A stretch of 64,000 bases of DNA from Candidatus Helarchaeota archaeon (lineage in GTDB: Archaea > Asgardarchaeota > Lokiarchaeia > Helarchaeales > RDOG01). The notes under the pieces were generated by a model that was not told the origin of the DNA, did not search any database, and worked only from the letters and a program-made list of their open reading frames with translations. The stretch's first letter is position 1, and each line of letters begins with the position of its first letter. The stretch is taken from the NCBI GenBank assembly GCA_019058315.1, contig JAHPZH010000002.1:1325910-1389909 (forward strand), in the 5' to 3' direction. Both the position numbers and the translations under genes were made by a program. Below are positions 55,360 through 64,000 of the stretch, piece by piece.

Positions 55360-58300
55360 TTGGCGAATAATATTCTTGTGCTAGGTGGTGGAATAAGCGG
55401 AATACAAGCTTCACTCGACCTAGCTGAAATGGGGCTGCGCGTTTTCTTAGTTGAATCTTCTCCAAGTATTGGAGGTAGAATGGCTCAGCTAGACAAGACA
55501 TTTCCGACCAATGACTGCTCTATATGCATTCTTGCGCCAAAAATGGTCGAATGTGCACGCCATCCAAATATAACCATCTTATCCTATAGTGAGCTTAAAG
55601 AAGTTAATAAAAAAAATGATGTTTTTACAGTTAAAATATTAAAGAAGCCACGTTATGTTGATGAAATTAAATGTACTGGTTGTAGAGACTGTTTCACTGT
55701 ATGCCCCATAGAAGTACCAAATGAATTTGACCAAAATCTTAGAAATAGAAATGCAATTTATATTCCTTTTCCACAAGCAGTCCCTAACATCGCCACAATT
55801 GACAAAGAAAATTGTATTAATTGTGAGGCATGTTCAAAAAAATGTAAAACTGATGCCATTAATTATGATCAAAAACCTGAATTGATTGAACTAGAGGTTC
55901 AATCCATAATTGTTTCTATTGGCTTTGATTTATTTGATCCGAGTAAAATTTTACAATATGGTTATAAAAAATTTAAAAATGTTCTAACTTCTCTTGAATT
56001 TGAACGATTATTAAGTGCTTCTGGACCAACTCAAGGTGAAATATTAAAACTTTCAGATGGAAAATCACCTAAACACATTACTTTTATTCAATGTGTAGGT
56101 TCAAGAAGCACTAAATACCAACCTTATTGTTCGAAAATATGTTGTGTCTATACAACGAAAGAATCCATTGTAGCCAAGGAACATAATCCAAACATTCAGA
56201 TTTCCATTTTATATAATGATTTACGTGCATTAGGGAAGGGTTTCCGGGAATTTATTAATCGTGGAGAAATAGAATACGGTATAAATTATATTAAAGCACT
56301 TCCTGGGGAAATTTCAGAGGATCCTATAACTAAAAAATTATACGTGTCTTATGAAAACATGGATACGGGAGAATTTGAGATTCTAGAAACTGATATTGTT
56401 GTATTAGCTCCCGCAATGGTTCCAAAAAAAGATATTGAGCAAATATCTAATATTTTAGGTATTAAACTTGATAAATATGGGTTTTTTAAATGTGAACCAT
56501 ATTCTCCATTAGTTACAGATATTCCAGGTATCTATGTGACTGGGACCTGTTCTGGTCCTAAGGATATTCCGGAATCTGTAGGAGAAGGAAGTGGTGGGGC
56601 AGCAAGTGCTTTAGTTCCAAATGAACAAGAACATCAACCAATCCCTGAAAAACAACCAAAGCTGGAAAATACCTCACCAGCCCAACCAAGGATAGGTGTA
56701 TTTATCTGTCATTGTGGAGTAAATATCGGTGGAATTGTTGATATAAAAGAAGTGGCGGATTATATCAGATCTTTAAATAATGTCGTTTTTGTTGCTGAAA
56801 ACTTATATACTTGCTCAGAAGATACTCAAAAAATAATTAAAGATAAGATTAAGGAATTAAATCTTAATAGAGTGATTGTTGCTTCTTGTACCCCAAGCAC
56901 CCATGAACCTTTATTTAGAAAAACTTGTGAAGAAGCTGGACTAAACCCATACTTATTTGATCTAGCAAATATTCGTGAGCAAAATTCATGGGTTCATCAA
57001 AGAGAACCAGAAAAGGCAACTGAAAAGGCCAAAGATATAATTCGAATGTATGTTAAACGATCACAATATTCTAGTCCTTTAACTAAAATTAAAACAGAAG
57101 TCACTTCATCGGCATTGGTAATTGGGGGTGGGATTTCAGGCTTAATTGCTTCAAAAACCATTGCTAATAAAGGATTTAAAGTATTTTTAATTGAAAAAGA
57201 GGATAAATTGGGAGGTTTAATAAAAGATCTTTATAAATTATATCCAAATGAGAAAAATCCTGAAGATATATTAAACCCTATTATATCTGATGTGATAAAA
57301 AATAAAAATATAGAGGTTTTAACGTCTACTCGAATTGAAAATATAACAGGATCAATTGGTAATTTTGAAATTTTAGCGTTTAAAAATAATAAAGAATTCA
57401 ATTTCAATGTAGGTACAATTATCGTTGCGATTGGTGCAAATGAATCAAAACCAGATGGATTGTATGGTTACAAAAAAAATGCTAACGTTTATACACAGTC
57501 TGAATTTGAACAAATTCTAAGTTCAAATAAAGTAAAAAATGATGAAAAAATTGTTATGATTCTTTGTGCTGGAGTTGGGAAAGGAGAGAAAATTGCATAT
57601 TGTTCCTCCATCTGCTGCATGGAAGCATTTAAAAATGCCTTAATTCTAAAAAAACAAGCTCCTAATTCAGAAATCATTATTTTATATAAGGATATTTGTG
57701 TATTTGGAGATGGTGAAGAAGTATATAGAACAGTTAGGGAAGAAGGTATTCAATTTATAAAATATAATGCGAAAGAGGATATAAAAATTCTCGAATCTAA
57801 AGGAATTAAGATAAATATTTCAGTTTTTAATAGTTTTCTGAATAAAGATGTAAAAATTGTAGCGGATCGAATTGTTTTATCTACTCCAATGATACCAGCA
57901 ACAGATACTGAAGATTTATCAAAATTACTGAGAGTACCTTTAGCTTACAATGGATTCTTTTTAGAGGCACATGTAAAACATAGACCACTCGATTTTACAA
58001 ATGATGGAATTTATCTTTGTGGATCTTGTCAAAGTCCAAAATCTATCTCCGAATGTATCGCACAAGCTAAAGGAGCAGCAGCTAGAGCTCTAATACCTTT
58101 AATTAAGGGCGAGGTTGAAAGTGAAGCAATAATATCAGAGGTGAATCCCGAAATTTGTGTGGGTTGTGAAATTTGTGAATTACATTGTCCTTATGGTGCA
58201 ATTACTGTCCAAAAAGATGAAAATGAAGATCTTAAAGCTCAAGTTAATCCAAGTTTATGTAAAGGCTGCGGAATTTGTGCAGCAAGCTGTCCTGTAGATG

Positions 58301-58797
58301 CAATAACAATGAAAAATTTCACAAATGAGCAAATTCTCTCTATGGTTCAAACTGCAAAACAAGATTCTTCATTAAAAGATGAGACTATAATCATAGCTTT
58401 TTTATGTAATTGGTGTTCTTATCAAGGAGCTGATAATGCGGGAGTAAGTAGATTTCAATATCCAACATCAATAAGACCTATTAGGGTAATGTGCACGGGA
58501 AGAATAAGTATAAGCCATATTTTAAATGCTTTTAAAGCAGGTGCTGATGGTGTACTTATCGCAGGCTGCCATCCGGGAGATTGCCATTATGTGGACGGTA
58601 ATTTAAGTGCAGAGAGAAAAGTAAACTTAGCGAAACAGTTATTAAATAAAATAGGAATTAACGAGCGAAGACTTCGCCTAGAATGGATATCTGCAAGTGA
58701 AGGTAAAAAATATGCATCTGTTGTAAAAGACTTTCTTAACGAGTTAGAAGAATTAAAGACCAAAAAGGAAATGGTTGTGAGGGTTAAAGACTATTGA
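55360..58797 (+). CDS. hdrA: Double-module HdrA fused to C-terminal MvhD
   Basis: LDKTFPTNDCSIC, two GGGISG motifs, and C-terminal AFLCNWCSY...RVMCTGR...GCHPGDCHY. Confidence 0.94.
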   Translation: MANNILVLGGGISGIQASLDLAEMGLRVFLVESSPSIGGRMAQLDKTFPTNDCSICILAPKMVECARHPNITILSYSELKEVNKKNDVFTVKILKKPRYVDEIKCTGCRDCFTVCPIEVPNEFDQNLRNRNAIYIPFPQAVPNIATIDKENCINCEACSKKCKTDAINYDQKPELIELEVQSIIVSIGFDLFDPSKILQYGYKKFKNVLTSLEFERLLSASGPTQGEILKLSDGKSPKHITFIQCVGSRSTKYQPYCSKICCVYTTKESIVAKEHNPNIQISILYNDLRALGKGFREFINRGEIEYGINYIKALPGEISEDPITKKLYVSYENMDTGEFEILETDIVVLAPAMVPKKDIEQISNILGIKLDKYGFFKCEPYSPLVTDIPGIYVTGTCSGPKDIPESVGEGSGGAASALVPNEQEHQPIPEKQPKLENTSPAQPRIGVFICHCGVNIGGIVDIKEVADYIRSLNNVVFVAENLYTCSEDTQKIIKDKIKELNLNRVIVASCTPSTHEPLFRKTCEEAGLNPYLFDLANIREQNSWVHQREPEKATEKAKDIIRMYVKRSQYSSPLTKIKTEVTSSALVIGGGISGLIASKTIANKGFKVFLIEKEDKLGGLIKDLYKLYPNEKNPEDILNPIISDVIKNKNIEVLTSTRIENITGSIGNFEILAFKNNKEFNFNVGTIIVAIGANESKPDGLYGYKKNANVYTQSEFEQILSSNKVKNDEKIVMILCAGVGKGEKIAYCSSICCMEAFKNALILKKQAPNSEIIILYKDICVFGDGEEVYRTVREEGIQFIKYNAKEDIKILESKGIKINISVFNSFLNKDVKIVADRIVLSTPMIPATDTEDLSKLLRVPLAYNGFFLEAHVKHRPLDFTNDGIYLCGSCQSPKSISECIAQAKGAAARALIPLIKGEVESEAIISEVNPEICVGCEICELHCPYGAITVQKDENEDLKAQVNPSLCKGCGICAASCPVDAITMKNFTNEQILSMVQTAKQDSSLKDETIIIAFLCNWCSYQGADNAGVSRFQYPTSIRPIRVMCTGRISISHILNAFKAGADGVLIAGCHPGDCHYVDGNLSAERKVNLAKQLLNKIGINERRLRLEWISASEGKKYASVVKDFLNELEELKTKKEMVVRVKDY

Positions 58798-61700
58798 CAA
58801 ACAATGAGATAATTAAAAAATACAATAACCTATTAATTATAGGCGCAGGACTTGCAGGCATGGAATGTGCCCTCGATCTCGCCGATGCGGGCTATAAAGT
58901 CTATTTGGTTGAAAACAAGTCCTCTATTGGGGGAAAATATGCACAAATATATAAAATATTTCCTTATGACGAATGCGGTGCCTGTATTTTAACACCTAAA
59001 ATGAATCAAGTTGGTAAACACCCCAATATTGAAAATATTACTCTTGCAGAAATAAAAGGTGTGAAAGGGTCTCTAGGAAATTTTGAAGTTACTATTTTAA
59101 AACATCCAAGGTATGTGGATGAAGATAAATGCACAGGATGTGGGAAATGTATAGAAACCTGTCCTGTGGAAGTTTCAAACGAATATGATCTGGGATTATC
59201 TAAAAGAAAAGCAATTTATCTAGATTTTGCACAACAAATACCATTCGTAGTTACTATTGATAAAGATAATTGCATAGATTGTAGAATGTGTGTTCAAAGA
59301 TGTAAAGCTGAAGCAATAGACCATGATATGAAGGAAAAAGAAATTATATTACAAGTTGGGGCAATTATTATCAGTACAGGTTTTGAAGAATTTGATCCCT
59401 CTATAAAAGAAGAATACGGGTTTAAACGTTATAAAAACGTAATTACAAGTTTAATGTATGAAAGAATGACTCATCCGGCAGGTCTGGACAATATATCACG
59501 TCTATCTGATGGTAGAAAACCAAGAAGGGTAGTCTTTGTTAATTGTGTAGGAGCAAGAGACGAAAGTATTGGAAACTTATATTGTAATAAAGTATGTTGT
59601 ATGTTCTCAATGAAAAATGCAAGGAATTTACGATTGCATGAACCAGATGCGGAAATTATTATTTGCTATATTGATATAAGGGCTGCTGGCAAATTATTCG
59701 AAAGATATTATCGCTCTACTTTAGAACAATATGGAATCAAATTTATTAGGGGTAGAGTTAGTGAAATTTTAGAAGATCCTAATACAAAAGATCTGACAGT
59801 TCGTCTAGAAGACACAGAAGGAGCTGAACCGATCTCTCTTGAGAATGTAGACTATGTAATTTTAAATTGCTCATTTGTACCTTCCGAAGGAACTAAAAAA
59901 ATGGCAGAATTCTTTAATTTAGAACTCGGCTCTGATGGATTTATCCAAGATTTTCATTCTAATATAGGAGCTATTGAAACAAAAATACCTGGAGTTTATG
60001 TAATCGGAACTGCTCATGGTCCAAAGGATGGTACGGATGTAATTGCCGAATCAAAGGCTGCAGCTTCAGCTTGTACTGCAGATCTTCCTCCATTGTCAAG
60101 AGATTTAAAGGAAAAAATAATCGAAAAGAAAGAAATTGATGAATCTAAACTAAGAGTGGGTGTATTTGTTTGTCATTGTGGAGGGATTATTTCACATACT
60201 GTTGATGTTAAAGAATTGGTTGAGAAATTAAAAGAAGATCCTGATATTGAATTTGTTCAAGATTACATATTCATGTGTTCTAGTCCTGGTCAAGATTTAA
60301 TAAGAGAAAGTATAAAGAAATATAATTTAAATCGAATTATTGTAGCATCTTGCAGTCCACTTATCCATGAGCCTACATTTCGCGGTTGTGTAGAATCAAC
60401 TGGGCTTTCACGCTTTTATTTCGAGGGTCCTATAAATATTAGAGAACAATGCGCCATGGTACATAAGGACTACCCCGAAGATGCCACCACGAAGGCTTTG
60501 GCTTTAATTAAAGGTGGGGTAGCGAGAGTTTCACGCTTAAGAGAGGTCCCTATAGAAAAATTGGATGTAAAAAAATCAGTTTTAATTTTAGGTGGAGGGG
60601 CTTCAGGGATAACTGCTGGAATTGATTTAGCCAAAAAAGGATTAACTGTTTATATAATCGAGAAAGAAGAGGAAATTGGAGGTAGATTAAATAAATTATA
60701 TAAATTATTTCCCCATAAAGATGATGCACAAGAAATTTTGAAAGAATTAAAAACCAAAATAAAGCTTTATAAAAATATAATTATACACACATCAAGTAGA
60801 ATTACAAATTTTTCCGGTCGCATTGGGGATTATAATGTTAAAATTAATAAAAATGGAAAAGAAATAGAATTAAATGTTGGTTCTATAATCGTTTCTATTG
60901 GTACTAAGGTTTATACGCCGGAAATTGGCGAATATTGCTTTGGAGAAACTAAAAATGTTATCACCTCTTTAGATCTTGAAGAAATGCTCAAAAATGACTC
61001 TTTAAAAGACCCTGTATCTATAGCTTTTATTCAATGTGTTGGTTCAAGAGCGTATCCTGGGGAAAAAGGGCACATTCATTGCTCTAGAGTGTGCTGTAAT
61101 TCAGCTATTAAAAATGCTGAAATTATTAAAGAGAAATTTCCAAATTCTAACGTATTTATTTTATACAAAGAGTTTTTGAGAGTATATGGCCGTTTTATGG
61201 AAGAAAAATATATCGATACGCAGATGAAGGGTGTTAATTTTATCAGATGGCTTAAAGATAAACCACCCCAAGTAGAAGTTGATTCGAAATCGAATAAGAT
61301 TATGATATCTGTATATGATTCACTATTGCAAGATGAGATAAAAATTACGGCAGACTACCTCGTTTTATCAGTGGGTCAAGAATCTCCAGAAGATTTAGAT
61401 AATTTATGCAACATTCTTGGGATAACAAAATCCATTGATGGGTTCGTTGAAGAAATGCATATTAAATTTCGCCCAGTTGAAACTAAGGTTCCTGGAATTT
61501 ATTCTTCATCCTCATTTCCCAAAGACATAGCTGATTCTATCGCTCTTGCTCGTGGTGCAGCAAGCAAAGTCGCGATACAACAGAAGGGTATTGAATTAGA
61601 ATTAACAACTGCTGAAGTGGATGAGTCAGTTTGTGTTGGTTGTGGATTATGTGAGGCTGTTTGTCCATATGAGGCGATAAAAATGGTCGCAATAAAACCT

Positions 61701-61844
61701 GGCAAAATAATCTCGGTAACTGATACAATAAAATGTCAAGGATGTGGTACATGCGTAGCATCTTGCCCCATAGGTGCAAGAGATCACAGATGGTGGCGTG
61801 ATTCTCAATATCTTGCTCAAATAGACGCAATATTAAATGAATAA
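58794..61844 (+). CDS. hdrA: Double-module HdrA-like protein (divergent)
   Basis: GAGLAG, IFPYDECGAC, GVFVCHCG, GGGASG, QCVGSR and terminal ferredoxin motifs. 4-nt overlap with the upstream gene. Confidence 0.9.
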   Translation: MTNNEIIKKYNNLLIIGAGLAGMECALDLADAGYKVYLVENKSSIGGKYAQIYKIFPYDECGACILTPKMNQVGKHPNIENITLAEIKGVKGSLGNFEVTILKHPRYVDEDKCTGCGKCIETCPVEVSNEYDLGLSKRKAIYLDFAQQIPFVVTIDKDNCIDCRMCVQRCKAEAIDHDMKEKEIILQVGAIIISTGFEEFDPSIKEEYGFKRYKNVITSLMYERMTHPAGLDNISRLSDGRKPRRVVFVNCVGARDESIGNLYCNKVCCMFSMKNARNLRLHEPDAEIIICYIDIRAAGKLFERYYRSTLEQYGIKFIRGRVSEILEDPNTKDLTVRLEDTEGAEPISLENVDYVILNCSFVPSEGTKKMAEFFNLELGSDGFIQDFHSNIGAIETKIPGVYVIGTAHGPKDGTDVIAESKAAASACTADLPPLSRDLKEKIIEKKEIDESKLRVGVFVCHCGGIISHTVDVKELVEKLKEDPDIEFVQDYIFMCSSPGQDLIRESIKKYNLNRIIVASCSPLIHEPTFRGCVESTGLSRFYFEGPINIREQCAMVHKDYPEDATTKALALIKGGVARVSRLREVPIEKLDVKKSVLILGGGASGITAGIDLAKKGLTVYIIEKEEEIGGRLNKLYKLFPHKDDAQEILKELKTKIKLYKNIIIHTSSRITNFSGRIGDYNVKINKNGKEIELNVGSIIVSIGTKVYTPEIGEYCFGETKNVITSLDLEEMLKNDSLKDPVSIAFIQCVGSRAYPGEKGHIHCSRVCCNSAIKNAEIIKEKFPNSNVFILYKEFLRVYGRFMEEKYIDTQMKGVNFIRWLKDKPPQVEVDSKSNKIMISVYDSLLQDEIKITADYLVLSVGQESPEDLDNLCNILGITKSIDGFVEEMHIKFRPVETKVPGIYSSSSFPKDIADSIALARGAASKVAIQQKGIELELTTAEVDESVCVGCGLCEAVCPYEAIKMVAIKPGKIISVTDTIKCQGCGTCVASCPIGARDHRWWRDSQYLAQIDAILNE

Positions 61845-61850
61845 AAATAT

Positions 61851-62276
61851 ATGGTGTTAAAATTTCCCCCTAAACAACCAGTAATTTTAATGTTTGCCTG
61901 TATGAGATGCAGTTATACTGCTTCAGACCTAGCGGGAACATTAAAAATTCAATACAATCCAATAGTTCGTATTATAAGGGTTCCTTGTACGGGAAGAGTT
62001 GATATTATTCATATATTGCGAGGAATAGTTGATGGTGCTGATGCAGTTCTCGTAGTTGGTTGTCATAAAGGGGATTGCGGATTTATTTCAGGAAATCTAG
62101 CTGCTGAAAGACGAGTGAAATTTGTAAGAAACTTATTAAAACAGATGAATATTAATCCTGATCGCGTTCAAATGCACTATGTTTCAGCCGCAGAAGCAAA
62201 TGAAGTAGTCGAAATTATAGAAAAAGTAGCTAAACAGGTTGCAAAAATGGGTCCCTCACCGTTTAGAACAAAATGA
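61851..62276 (+). CDS. mvhD: MvhD/FlpD-type [2Fe-2S] protein
   Basis: FACMRCSY, RVPCTGR, GADAVLVVGCHKGDC, GN and SAAE. Confidence 0.92.
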   Translation: MVLKFPPKQPVILMFACMRCSYTASDLAGTLKIQYNPIVRIIRVPCTGRVDIIHILRGIVDGADAVLVVGCHKGDCGFISGNLAAERRVKFVRNLLKQMNINPDRVQMHYVSAAEANEVVEIIEKVAKQVAKMGPSPFRTK

Positions 62277-62292
62277 AATGGAATTGATTTGA

Positions 62293-62580
62293 TTGGACGA
62301 AGAGAAAGAAAAATTAAACAAAATCATAAAACAATTGGAAAAAACAAAGGACAAGGATAGTAATGATTGGAAAAAAATCACTACAGAACACAAAGAAGAA
62401 TTTGAAGTAATAAAGAAATCATATCGTGAAAAGCAAAATGAGTTGAGACAACTAATCCAAGATAAAAAAACAGGAATTGTAATGGGAGAAGAATTTGATA
62501 AAAGACTTGATGAATTACAGAACGAATTAACTGAACTTGAATTCAAAATTTATAAATTAAGAATAGGCAGAGGCAGTTAA
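62293..62580 (+). CDS. Small charged coiled-coil hypothetical protein within the hdr operon
   Basis: 95 aa, K/E-rich, with tight spacing to both neighbours. Confidence 0.65.
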   Translation: MDEEKEKLNKIIKQLEKTKDKDSNDWKKITTEHKEEFEVIKKSYREKQNELRQLIQDKKTGIVMGEEFDKRLDELQNELTELEFKIYKLRIGRGS

Positions 62581-62585
62581 AAATT

Positions 62586-63881
62586 ATGCAAAATAAAGCA
62601 ATTATTATCGGAAATGGACTTGCTGCATTACAAGCAGCAATTGAATTAGCTGATTTAGGGGTCAAAGTAAGTCTCATTTCCAATCAAGACTCTTTAGGAG
62701 GTAATGCCAAGAATTTATACAAGGCATTTCCAACAGATGATTGTTTTTACTGTATTAGTTCGATAAAGGAAAAATGTGGTATTAGAAAATGCTTTTATCG
62801 TGCAGGAATATGGGAACATCCAAATATTGTAGTTTATTTAGATTCACAAATTTCAAAAATTGAAGGTGAAATAGGAAATTTTAAAATTGCCCTTAAACAA
62901 AACCCCCAGTATATTGACCATAATAAATGCATTCAATGTGGGGAATGTGAACGTATATGCCCAATATTAATGGATATTGATGATGAATTGGGAATTAGAA
63001 AAAGAAAAGCAATTTATCATAGATTACAAAATATTCCATATTCTTATTTCATTCAGAGAGAATATTGCGATTCAAATTGTACAAAATGTGAAGAAATCTG
63101 CCCTATAAATGCTATTAATTTAAATTCCTCATCTGAAAATCATAATTTAACAGCTAGTATAATCATAATCGCCAGTTCTTATTCCGAATATAACCCTTCT
63201 GAATTAAAAGAATATCATTACGGTGAGTTTCCTAATGTTATTACTCAAGTTCAATTAGCTAGAATGTTAGATCCTACTGGTCCGACTCAAGGAAAATTAG
63301 TAAGAATGACCGATTTAAAACCAGCAAAGAAGATTTTAATGTTACAATGCGTCGGATCACGGGATGACAATACAAATAAATATTGTAGTGAGATATGTTG
63401 CACTTTTGCGTGCAAACATGCCGAAATTATAAAAAAAGAACGTGAAAATCAAGCGCAAATAACTATTGTATACAAAGATATTAGAACAGATGGATTTTAT
63501 GAGATAAATTATAGAAATTGTAGAGAATTGGGAATTGATTTCTTAAAAGGTCACATATCTGATATTGTAGAAAAAGACAATACATTACAAATTTTAGTTT
63601 TTGATGTTATTTTAAATAGGCATATCGAATTTGAAGTGGATTTATTAATTTTAACTTGTGCTTTAGTTCCCTCCGATCTTTCTAAATCGATTATGAACCA
63701 ATTTAATATCGAATTAAAGGAAAATGGATTTCCCAATACGAGTTTTGATCTAATTGAAAGTTCAAGAAAGGGAATATTTCTATGCGGTTCTTCAATTAAG
63801 CCAATTTCAATTCCAGAATCAATTAATCTGGCAAAGGCAGCTGCATTTAAAGCATTTCAAAGTTTAAGGAGTGATAGTTGA
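62586..63881 (+). CDS. Single-module HdrA-like flavoprotein (divergent)
   Basis: GNGLAA, AFPTDDCFYC, two ferredoxin motifs and QCVGSR...CSEICC. Confidence 0.85.
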   Translation: MQNKAIIIGNGLAALQAAIELADLGVKVSLISNQDSLGGNAKNLYKAFPTDDCFYCISSIKEKCGIRKCFYRAGIWEHPNIVVYLDSQISKIEGEIGNFKIALKQNPQYIDHNKCIQCGECERICPILMDIDDELGIRKRKAIYHRLQNIPYSYFIQREYCDSNCTKCEEICPINAINLNSSSENHNLTASIIIIASSYSEYNPSELKEYHYGEFPNVITQVQLARMLDPTGPTQGKLVRMTDLKPAKKILMLQCVGSRDDNTNKYCSEICCTFACKHAEIIKKERENQAQITIVYKDIRTDGFYEINYRNCRELGIDFLKGHISDIVEKDNTLQILVFDVILNRHIEFEVDLLILTCALVPSDLSKSIMNQFNIELKENGFPNTSFDLIESSRKGIFLCGSSIKPISIPESINLAKAAAFKAFQSLRSDS

Positions 63882-63885
63882 AAAA

Positions 63886-64000
63886 ATGGATAGAGATTCT
63901 AGCAAAATTCCGGTTTTTATTTGTACTTGCGGAGACAAATTAAAAGAAAAATTAGATTATGAAAAAATAAGAAAAGAAATTCAGGAATTTCATTCTCCCA
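63886..64000 (+). CDS. Start of a further HdrA-related gene (partial)
   Basis: MDRDSSKIPVFICTCGDKLKEKLDY matches the GVFICHCG...D domain start of the other HdrAs. Open to the window edge. Confidence 0.75.
   Translation, partial: MDRDSSKIPVFICTCGDKLKEKLDYEKIRKEIQEFHSP

Noticed and set aside
43750-63881. Selenocysteine recoding in FwdB, HdrA or MvhD
   Set aside because: All relevant positions are Cys codons in uninterrupted ORFs. The TGA stops fall at expected protein ends, and where checked (both HdrA TGAs) readthrough gives no homologous extension.

Overview
AT-rich, gene-dense archaeal chromosomal window, most consistent with an Asgard archaeon (Lokiarchaeia-like). This is inferred from a Rab-like GTPase, a gelsolin-domain protein and longin-like proteins occurring together with H4MPT/methanofuran C1 genes (ftr, mtd, fwdBD, fwdF/G-like). 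About 1-15 kb is a cluster of eukaryote-like or uncharacterised structural proteins. It holds a multi-beta-sandwich protein resembling adaptin/delta-COP mu-homology domains and a 1.9-kaa membrane protein with a duplicated ectodomain, hierarchical cytoplasmic repeats and a C-terminal domain shared with that neighbour. It also holds a TPR protein, a longin/winged-helix protein and two SSUH2-like zinc-finger paralogs. The middle is mixed metabolism: nadB, crotonases, ftr plus a degenerate ftr paralog, asnS, and an orphan DNA methylase. The strongest candidate for an undescribed system is at 46.6-55.1 kb. It is a divergon, lrp-dsrEFH-gcvH(LbpA-like)-lplA versus dsrE2-hdrC-hdrB-hdrA-tusA, linking a persulfide relay and a lipoyl carrier to a canonical-type heterodisulfide reductase. 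An array of further HdrA/MvhD genes follows and runs off the window end. No tRNA, rRNA, CRISPR array or mobile element was recognised. All family assignments were made by eye from motifs; no searches were run.
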